A stretch of 32,000 nucleotides of DNA, taken from NCBI GenBank assembly GCA_934660865.1, contig CAKUIA010000006.1, positions 1 to 32,000 of the forward strand. Direction: 5' to 3'. Of this stretch, positions 25,386-32,000 are shown piece by piece (positions within the stretch are counted from its first letter, which is position 1; each line of letters begins with the position of its first letter). Below the pieces are notes generated by a model. The model was not told where the DNA came from and searched no databases. It saw only the letters and a program-made list of their open reading frames with translations. A program made the translations under genes and the position numbers. The stretch comes from an uncultured Opitutales bacterium. Lineage in GTDB: Bacteria; Verrucomicrobiota; Verrucomicrobiia; Opitutales; Intestinicryptomonadaceae.

Positions 25386-27523
25386 ACACCGACTTGACCG
25401 AGCCTACAAACCTTAACGCCGACGACGCCATTTTGCACCTGTTTACCGACGAGGCGCAACTGCGCTCGTCCAATATAGACGCAAACCTGCTTAAGCTCGA
25501 AAAAGAGCCGAACAACATTTCGCTTATAACCGAGCTTATGCGCGACTGCCACAGCTTAAAGGGGGCTTCGCGCCTTGTTTCGCTGACGCGCATAACCGAC
25601 TTGGCGCACAAGATGGAGGATTTTTTTGTTGCGCTGCAAAGCGGCAAAATAAAGGTTTCGCCGCAGTCGAACGACGTTTTGTTTGCGTGCTCCGACTACA
25701 TAAAGGCAATGGTTGCAAACTCGTTTAAGCGCGAAAACGCCGAATACTGCTCGGCACTGATTGCCGCAATAGACGGCATTTTAAACGAAAAGTCGGTAAG
25801 CTTGCCCAAGCTTTCGCAAAGCCAAACGCCGCAAAATGTCGCCGACGACGACTCCATAAAAGTTTCGTTCGACTATCTAAACAGGCTAATGTCGCTAAGC
25901 GCCGAAAGCCTTATAGAAAACAGACGCATACACTCGGTGCAAAGCGACATTTCGCAGATAAAAAACGACACCCAAAACGCGGTGTTTAAAATAGACTCGT
26001 GCATATTGGAACTGGAGGCTTCGAACGCCTCGAAGGAGGTTTTGTCGGCGCTTAAAACGTCGAAGAGGATTTTGGAAAACGCCCTGCTTAAAATAGGCTT
26101 TAACCTTGAAACGCTTGTCGAATATTCGAACAAGAACACCGACTTGTCGGACAGACTGCACTCCGAGGCGGTTTCGGGAACAATGCGCCCCATTAGCGAC
26201 ATTCTTGTTGCCGTGCCCAGAATGGTTAGAGACCTTGCAAAAAGCCTGGATAAACAGATAGACTTTTCGGTTTCGGGCGAAAATTCGCTTATAGACCGCA
26301 AGCTTTTAAAGAGGCTTGAAACGTGCATTATGCACATAATACGCAACGCCTGCGACCACGGCATAGAAGCCCCGCAAATGCGCAAACTTTTGGGCAAGCC
26401 GGAGCGCGGCAAAATATCCATTCAGGCGGTTCACTCGCGCTCAATGTTTGTGCTTAAAATTGCCGACGACGGCGCGGGCATAGACATAAACCGCCTTAAG
26501 TCGGAAATTGTGGCAAAGGGGCTTTCCGACAAGCCGACTTTGGATATGATGGGCGACGACGAAATATACGCGTTTTTGTTTTTGCCCAACTTTTCGATGA
26601 GCGAAAAACTAACGCAAATAAGCGGCCGCGGCGTTGGGCTGGACGTTGTGCTAAGCTTTTTGCAGGAAATTGGCGGCTCGGTAAAGATAGAATCAAAAGT
26701 GGCCCAGGGCACCGTTTTTACCCTTATGCTGCCCATAAGCCGCTCGGTGCTAAACTGCATTATAGCAAAAATAAACGGGCAGCCCTACGCTTTTGCGCTC
26801 GAAAAAATACTGAAAACAGTTGCGGGTAGCCAAACGACCATTTCGGGCAACTGCCTTAATTTTGATGGGCAAAATATAGAAATTCTAAATCTAAAAAGCG
26901 AGCTGCAGCTTGGCGGAGATTTTCAGGGACAAAAAAACTTTGTACTTTTAAAGAAAGACAGGCTGTATGCCCTGCAGGTAGACGAGCTTGTAGGCGAAGC
27001 CGAGCTTGTAATCCGCCCCCTCGACCGCCTGCTGGAAAAGATAGCCTCGGTTTGGGCGTATGCAATCGACAACGAATCGAACCCCGTAATTATTTTAGAC
27101 ACCGACTCGATTATAAACGGCCTTGGCAAAAAAGCCCAAATGCACGACAAGCGCAAACGCGCTTTATTGGTTGAAGACTCGAAAACCGTTAGGGAAAAAA
27201 CCGCAAAAATTCTGCAAAACATAGGCTATTTAACCGACACTGCAATAGACGGCGTAGACGCGGCAAACGCAATGAAGCTTACCAAATACGACATAGTTAT
27301 AAGCGATGTAGATATGCCGCGAATGAACGGCATTAAGCTTGTCGAAAAAATACGAAGCGCGGAGTTTTTAAAGAACATTCCCGTTGTGCTGCTTTCCTAC
27401 AAAGATTCGGCAAACGACATAAAAACGGGAATGCAGGCGGGGGCTACTTTGTATCTTTCGAAAAACACGCTAAATACGCAGGAGTTTGCGAAAACATTAA
27501 GGGAGCTGCTGCCGCCGCAATAG
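25382..27523 (+). CDS. cheA: Hybrid CheA histidine kinase with C-terminal receiver (Hpt-dimerisation-HATPase-CheW-REC)
   Basis: The GTG start overlaps the cheW stop (GTGA). It has Hpt (MRDCHSLKGASRL, His57 codon 25550-25552), an N-box (IIRNACDHGIE), G-boxes (DDGAGID and GRGVGLDVV), a P5 CheW-like domain, and REC (ALLVEDSKTVRE…DIVISDVDMPRMNG…K). No separate P2 domain is obvious. Confidence 0.85.
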   Translation: MNTDLTEPTNLNADDAILHLFTDEAQLRSSNIDANLLKLEKEPNNISLITELMRDCHSLKGASRLVSLTRITDLAHKMEDFFVALQSGKIKVSPQSNDVLFACSDYIKAMVANSFKRENAEYCSALIAAIDGILNEKSVSLPKLSQSQTPQNVADDDSIKVSFDYLNRLMSLSAESLIENRRIHSVQSDISQIKNDTQNAVFKIDSCILELEASNASKEVLSALKTSKRILENALLKIGFNLETLVEYSNKNTDLSDRLHSEAVSGTMRPISDILVAVPRMVRDLAKSLDKQIDFSVSGENSLIDRKLLKRLETCIMHIIRNACDHGIEAPQMRKLLGKPERGKISIQAVHSRSMFVLKIADDGAGIDINRLKSEIVAKGLSDKPTLDMMGDDEIYAFLFLPNFSMSEKLTQISGRGVGLDVVLSFLQEIGGSVKIESKVAQGTVFTLMLPISRSVLNCIIAKINGQPYAFALEKILKTVAGSQTTISGNCLNFDGQNIEILNLKSELQLGGDFQGQKNFVLLKKDRLYALQVDELVGEAELVIRPLDRLLEKIASVWAYAIDNESNPVIILDTDSIINGLGKKAQMHDKRKRALLVEDSKTVREKTAKILQNIGYLTDTAIDGVDAANAMKLTKYDIVISDVDMPRMNGIKLVEKIRSAEFLKNIPVVLLSYKDSANDIKTGMQAGATLYLSKNTLNTQEFAKTLRELLPPQ

Positions 27524-27538
27524 GCGAAAACAAATTGC

Positions 27539-27584
27539 AAAAAAAGCGCCCGCTCTTTTTCAGGAGGCGGGCGCTTTTTGTTTT
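27539..27584. terminator. Bidirectional Rho-independent terminator shared by cheA and convergent guaB
   Basis: A GC-rich 9-bp stem, agcgcccgc (27545-27553) with gcgggcgct (27567-27575), is flanked by A7 upstream and TTTTTGTTTT downstream. Confidence 0.85.
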
Positions 27585-27596
27585 GTTCGGCAATAA

Positions 27597-29159
27597 CTAT
27601 TTGTTTGTTTTTACCTCGATAACGTCGTGGGGGAAGCTTTCCTTTTGCCCCGCATTTGTTATGCGGCAAAAACGCGCCTTTGCCTTAAGCTCGTCTAAAG
27701 TTGCAGCGCCTATGTAGCCCATACCGCTTTGTATGCCGCCTACAAACTGGGCAATCAATGTATCCAAGTCGGGCGACAACTCCTTTAAGGCCTCTATGCC
27801 CTCGGCGGTAATCTTGTCGGTTTTAACCTTAAAGTCGTGTCCGTAGCGCGCCGCGCTGCCGTCTTTCATTGCGGCAAGCGAGCCCATGCCGCGGTATTGC
27901 TTGTACGACTTTCCGTTAATTTCCATTATCTGCCCGGGGGCTTCGGGGCACGCCGCCAACAAACTACCGCACAAAACGGCGTCGGCCAAAGTCAATGCCT
28001 TTACCATATCGCCCGACTTTGTAATGCCGCCGTCGGCGATAATCCTTACCTTCGATTCCTTCGCCTGCTTGGAACATACATACAACGCCGAAAGCTGGGG
28101 AATGCCAACGCCCGCAACAATTCTGGTTGTGCAGATAGAGCCGGGGCCTTGGCCAATCTTAATCGCGTCGGCGCCTGCGTTGGCCAAAAATTCTACGCCG
28201 CCTGCGTTTGTAACGTTGCCTGCAATAATGGTAATATCCTTGCTTGCCGAGCGAACCAAACGCACCATTTCGCCTACGCCCGAAGTGTAGCCGTGGGCGG
28301 TGGAAACCGCAACAACGTCTACGCCCGCCTTCATCAAATTGTGCAAATGCCCCAAAATTCTGTCTTTGTCGAGATTGCCGTTTTTGTCGCGCAAGGGCGA
28401 AATGGCCGCTCCGCACATAAGCCTAAAGCTTGAATCGCGCGAGGCCTTTACCATCGACTGGTTGTCGTTTATAATCTGCTCTATGTCGCTAAGGGTAAAC
28501 AAGCCCCTTAGTTTGTCGCTTTTGTCTACAACCAAAAGTTTGTGCACGCCGAAGTTTTTGGTAAAGAATTTGTCGGCCGCGTCTATCGGGTTTTTGCCGA
28601 GCTTGTCTACCGAAATTGTAAAGAGGTCTTTGCGCTGCGTCATGGCCTCGCAAACCTTCATTGCGGCATACCTTTCCTTAACAACGCTGCCGGGAAGCAA
28701 GCCAACCAAATTGCCCTTTTCGTCTACAACGGGGAAAGTTCTAAAACGGTATTTGTGCTCTTCTATTGTGTGGAGAACGTCGCCAATGCAAAGCTCGGGC
28801 GAAACTTTTACGGGTTCCTGAATAAGGCCGTGAATGTAGTTTTTAACTTTCGCAACCTGCTTTACCTGGTTTTCCAGCGACATATTGTAGTGGATAAGCC
28901 CCAAGCCGCCGTTCCTTGCCATTGCGATTGCCATTTTATATTCGGTAACCGTATCCATATCCGACGAGATAATGGGGGTTGAAAGCTTTATTCTGTCGGA
29001 AAGGGAAGTGTCGGCCCTGGTTTGGCGGGGCAAAATTTGGGAATATTCCGTAGCCAACGAAACATCGTCGTAAGTAAGGGCTTCGGGAGCCATTTCGGGG
29101 AAGAAATCGTCCGCACTGCGGAAAAACAGTTTGTCGTACTTGTTAAGCTTAGTTTTCAT
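27597..29159 (-). CDS. guaB: Inosine-5'-monophosphate dehydrogenase (with CBS pair)
   Basis: 520 aa with [20 protein letters not shown], a CBS insert, the catalytic loop [21 protein letters not shown], and GGI…GD…KAL and YRGMGS motifs. Confidence 0.93.
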   Translation of the reverse strand: MKTKLNKYDKLFFRSADDFFPEMAPEALTYDDVSLATEYSQILPRQTRADTSLSDRIKLSTPIISSDMDTVTEYKMAIAMARNGGLGLIHYNMSLENQVKQVAKVKNYIHGLIQEPVKVSPELCIGDVLHTIEEHKYRFRTFPVVDEKGNLVGLLPGSVVKERYAAMKVCEAMTQRKDLFTISVDKLGKNPIDAADKFFTKNFGVHKLLVVDKSDKLRGLFTLSDIEQIINDNQSMVKASRDSSFRLMCGAAISPLRDKNGNLDKDRILGHLHNLMKAGVDVVAVSTAHGYTSGVGEMVRLVRSASKDITIIAGNVTNAGGVEFLANAGADAIKIGQGPGSICTTRIVAGVGIPQLSALYVCSKQAKESKVRIIADGGITKSGDMVKALTLADAVLCGSLLAACPEAPGQIMEINGKSYKQYRGMGSLAAMKDGSAARYGHDFKVKTDKITAEGIEALKELSPDLDTLIAQFVGGIQSGMGYIGAATLDELKAKARFCRITNAGQKESFPHDVIEVKTNK

Positions 29160-29313
29160 AGTTTATTTCCCTAAAGGGGAATATACTATAAGTGTAAAAA
29201 AAACAAGTTTTTATTGAAAATTTTTTTATTCGGCAAAATTTGCGCACCGCCCTTTCGGGGGAAAAACAGCCCGCAAAACGGCACAAATTCGGGTTTTTTC
29301 GGCAAAAAATGCA

Positions 29314-29347
29314 CAAAAAAAAGTGCGGACTTTGAAAAAGTCCGCAC
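29314..29347 (-). terminator. Rho-independent terminator after skp
   Basis: A perfect 9-bp stem, gtgcggact (29323-29331) with agtccgcac (29339-29347), has a 7-nt loop. On the minus strand it is followed by T8 (plus-strand A8, 29315-29322). Confidence 0.85.
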
Positions 29348-29368
29348 CCGTATAAAAATTTAACAAAA

Positions 29369-29935
29369 CTACTTCTTTGCGGGAAGCGCGGGAACGTCGG
29401 CGGGGGCGTTCTTGTTTATTTCGGCGATAACTTCGTCGGTGATGTCGGCCGAGGGCTTCGAGAAGTATATTGCGTTCTTTTCGAGAACAAAGTCGGCTTT
29501 TTTGGCTGCGGCAACCTTGTTTACAACGTCCATAATTTCCTTACGGTGTTGCATGCCTATTTGCTGTGCGTTTTGGTTTAGCCTTTGCTGGGTGCTTTGC
29601 GACATTTGTTGCATATTCTGCTCGAGCTGGCGCAATTCGGCCATTTTCGGTTGCGCTTCCTCTACAATCTTCTTTTTTGCGTCGTCGGTTAGGGCCTTGT
29701 TTTGCAATTTTTCCTCTACCGCTTTCAAATCTTTAATCAAAGCCTGGCGTTTAACGTCCATCTTGCCCAGCTCGTCTTTTGTGGCCTGGGCGGAAGCCTG
29801 CAGCTGCTGTTGGGCTTCCTTCGCCTTGTAGTAGTTCATGTGGGCCTTTTGCATATCCATAACAAGGACTACAGGAGCCGCGTTAAGAGCGGCCGCAAAA
29901 AACGCCGCAAACAATGTCGTGTATAGTTTTTTCAT
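29369..29935 (-). CDS. skp: Periplasmic chaperone Skp/OmpH family
   Basis: 188 aa with a signal peptide (MKKLYTTLFAAFFAAALNA-AP), then Q/K/E-rich coiled-coil arms (…YYKAKEAQQQLQASAQATKDEL…). It lies immediately downstream of bamA, which is the canonical arrangement. Confidence 0.8.
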   Translation of the reverse strand: MKKLYTTLFAAFFAAALNAAPVVLVMDMQKAHMNYYKAKEAQQQLQASAQATKDELGKMDVKRQALIKDLKAVEEKLQNKALTDDAKKKIVEEAQPKMAELRQLEQNMQQMSQSTQQRLNQNAQQIGMQHRKEIMDVVNKVAAAKKADFVLEKNAIYFSKPSADITDEVIAEINKNAPADVPALPAKK

Positions 29936-30003
29936 AATTATTTGGTTTGATTGTTATATTAGTAAGCTTTTATCGGTTTTTGTTCCCGAATTTTTACGAT
30001 TTT

Positions 30004-32000
30004 TTAAAAAACCGTTCCGAAAGAGAAGTTAAACTGCATTCCGTTGTCGTTGTATTCGCTTGTGCGCATCGGGAAACCCAAGTCTATGCGCATGGGGGCA
30101 CCCATAAGCACAATTCTTAAGCCTATGCCGAAGTCGGAATTGTAGTCGGAGGGGTCCCAATCCCAATCGTTGGCGTTTACAAAGCCTATGTCGTAGAACA
30201 CCGCAACCCTTACGGGGTTGAACACTTCAACCGAATATTCTATCGACAAATACGCGAAGCTGTCGCCGCCGAAAGGCTCTCTTGAAGCCGCGTCTAGCCT
30301 GCCCACCTTGCGGTATTTAAAGCCGCGCATATTGTAGCCGCCGCCAAGAAAGTATTTTTCGAAATACGGAACTTCTTTGTTGTCGTAGCCCATAACGGTG
30401 CCCGCCCTGCCTACAAACGAAAGCACCTGCGAGCCCCAGTCGAAAGTGGGAATCCACCAGCCCGCACGGCCTTCAAGCCTGTACAGGTTTGTCTGCCCCA
30501 TAAGCGGGCCGCCAGCTACGTTTTGCAAAAGCTCAAACCTTGTGCCCCTTGTGGGCATCATATAATTGTCGCGGTTGTCCCTTAAAAAGCTTAGGCCCAC
30601 CTGCGAAATTGAGCGGTGCCCCTCTTCGTCTTTAATAAACGATGGCGCGCCCGCGCTTACGTCGTAGATTTCAACGTCTTCTACCGTATACGAAAGCCTT
30701 GTTTCGATTAGCTCGTATATGCGCTTTCTTAGGTAGAAAGTCGCCCCCAACCTAACTTCGGAATAGTAGTCGGAATAATAGCCGGAGTCGGTTCTGAAAA
30801 GCTCGGTACCGAACGCCAGCTCGCGGTTGAACACCCACGGCTCTTCGTAGCTTACTATAACCTGGTTCGAATACAAACCTATCGACGCCCTTATGCGGAA
30901 TTTTTGGCCGGCGCCCTGAAAATAGTTGCTGTATTTGCGCCAGTCGAAATTGGTTTGCGTCAACTCCACAGTGCCGACCAAATTTTCGACGGTGGAAAAG
31001 CCCGCGCCGAACGTGATATTGCCCGTTCTGCCCTCTTTAAGCGTAATTTTAAGGTTGCGCCTGTTGGGTATGCCCGACGCTTCGGGGCTAAGTTTTACCT
31101 CGTCGAAAAATCTCGTGTTTTTAAGCCTGTTTTCGGAATCCTTCATTCTCACCAAGTCGAAAATTTCGCCGGGGGCCAGCGCCAATTCGCGCAAAATAAC
31201 CTCGCTTTTGGTCTTGTCGTTGCCGCTTATGTATATCGATTCCAAATAAAATCTTTCGCTTTCGACAATCTCTATTTCCAAGTCGATTGCGCCCGTTTTT
31301 AGATTGGGCTTGCGCTTCATTCGGGCAAAGGAATCCAAATAGCCGTATTGGCCGTAGTAGTCTCTAATGCTTTCGGCAGAAGAATCCACCTTGGCGGGCG
31401 AAAATACATCGCCTTCGTAGATATCGAGCAGCCTCATAAGCAAATCGGTGTCGAAAAGCTTGTTGCCCTTCATTGTGATTTTGCCCGTCTTGTACTGGCG
31501 CCCCTCGTTTATGGAAATCACCAAATCCATATCGCCGGGGTTGTCGGCGTCGGGGAACTCGAACCTTATTTTCGATTCGTCTATTTCGACGTCCAAATAG
31601 CCCAAATTGCGGTAGTAGTTTTTGATTTTTTCTATGTCGTCTTCAAGCTCGCTTTCCTTAAAGCGGCCGTTGTCGGTAAGGTACGAAATTACGGGTATCC
31701 AGGTATCGGTTTTCATTATGCCCAAAAGGTCGTCGGCCGAAACTTTTATCTGGGCAGACTTTTCCTCCTTTTTGGTTTGAATCATATTCAAAGTTTTTGT
31801 CCAAAAGCTGGAGCCTTCCTCCTCCAACTGGGGCGAGCCTTCGAAGCGTATGTTTATTATCTTAATGTCGCCGCCCTCGTTTATATCGAAAATAACCGCG
31901 CCCAAGCCCGTTTCCTTGTTGCGCTCTACCGAATACTTTATCTTCGCCAAAGAATAGCCCTTTTTGCGGTAAAACTCCTTAAGTTTGTCTACGTCTTTTT
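30004..32000 (-). CDS. bamA: Outer-membrane protein assembly factor BamA (5' end beyond the window)
   Basis: POTRA-type repeats (DIEKIKNYYRNLGYLDVEI, IRDYYGQYGYLDSF) precede a 16-strand-barrel C-terminus ending …RIDLGFPMRTSEYNDNGMQFNFSFGTVF. The frame stays open through 32000 (…KDVDKLKEFYRKKGYSLAKIKY…), so the TTG at 31950 is not the start. Confidence 0.9.
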   Translation of the reverse strand, partial: KDVDKLKEFYRKKGYSLAKIKYSVERNKETGLGAVIFDINEGGDIKIINIRFEGSPQLEEEGSSFWTKTLNMIQTKKEEKSAQIKVSADDLLGIMKTDTWIPVISYLTDNGRFKESELEDDIEKIKNYYRNLGYLDVEIDESKIRFEFPDADNPGDMDLVISINEGRQYKTGKITMKGNKLFDTDLLMRLLDIYEGDVFSPAKVDSSAESIRDYYGQYGYLDSFARMKRKPNLKTGAIDLEIEIVESERFYLESIYISGNDKTKSEVILRELALAPGEIFDLVRMKDSENRLKNTRFFDEVKLSPEASGIPNRRNLKITLKEGRTGNITFGAGFSTVENLVGTVELTQTNFDWRKYSNYFQGAGQKFRIRASIGLYSNQVIVSYEEPWVFNRELAFGTELFRTDSGYYSDYYSEVRLGATFYLRKRIYELIETRLSYTVEDVEIYDVSAGAPSFIKDEEGHRSISQVGLSFLRDNRDNYMMPTRGTRFELLQNVAGGPLMGQTNLYRLEGRAGWWIPTFDWGSQVLSFVGRAGTVMGYDNKEVPYFEKYFLGGGYNMRGFKYRKVGRLDAASREPFGGDSFAYLSIEYSVEVFNPVRVAVFYDIGFVNANDWDWDPSDYNSDFGIGLRIVLMGAPMRIDLGFPMRTSEYNDNGMQFNFSFGTVF

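Noticed and set aside
31948-31950. TTG proposed as the bamA start
   Set aside because: The frame remains open to the window edge and encodes POTRA-like sequence (…KLKEFYRKKGYSLAKIKY…). The gene is therefore 5'-truncated by the window.
1-32000. A scan for CRISPR arrays, rRNA/tRNA genes, IS elements, integrases, prophage or toxin-antitoxin/defence cassettes
   Set aside because: I saw no spaced direct-repeat arrays, no tRNA-like T-arm/acceptor signatures outside coding frames, and no transposase, integrase or nuclease-type ORFs. A visual scan cannot exclude short or degenerate elements.

Overview
This is a chromosomal window from a diderm bacterium, since BamA, Skp and a secretin are all present. 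I cannot assign a phylum from sequence alone. By eye the GC content is moderate, ATA-Ile codons are frequent, and Shine-Dalgarno use is patchy. I support 27 protein-coding genes, two of them truncated at the window edges, and several hairpin terminators. I found no rRNA, tRNA, CRISPR array, transposase or integrase.

Most genes are housekeeping: rpmJ/rpmE, rnhC, rnhB, pyrD, efp, argA, ftsK, recN, guaB, skp and bamA.

Four blocks look accessory or unusual:
- A tightly packed minus-strand operon of three divergent paralogous secreted proteins (937-3788) that match no family I recognise.
- An isolated gspD-ORF-gspE-gspF secretion core (10479-16302) with no pseudopilins or other partners nearby. 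Wedged into it is an unknown 189-aa secreted protein.
- A membrane-anchored protein (16350-18041) with four exact 67-aa-period helical repeats fused to an FGE-sulfatase (SUMF1-type) domain. It lies convergent to gspF.
- A self-contained three-gene chemosensory module, dCache-MCP, CheW and CheA::REC (22750-27523), with no CheB/CheR/CheZ in the window.

Smaller points are an Arg32-type EF-P, a zinc-independent L36/L31 paralog pair, and adjacent RNase HIII/HII genes.

All family calls come from motif recognition by eye. No database search or structure prediction was run, and gene starts are inferred from context.
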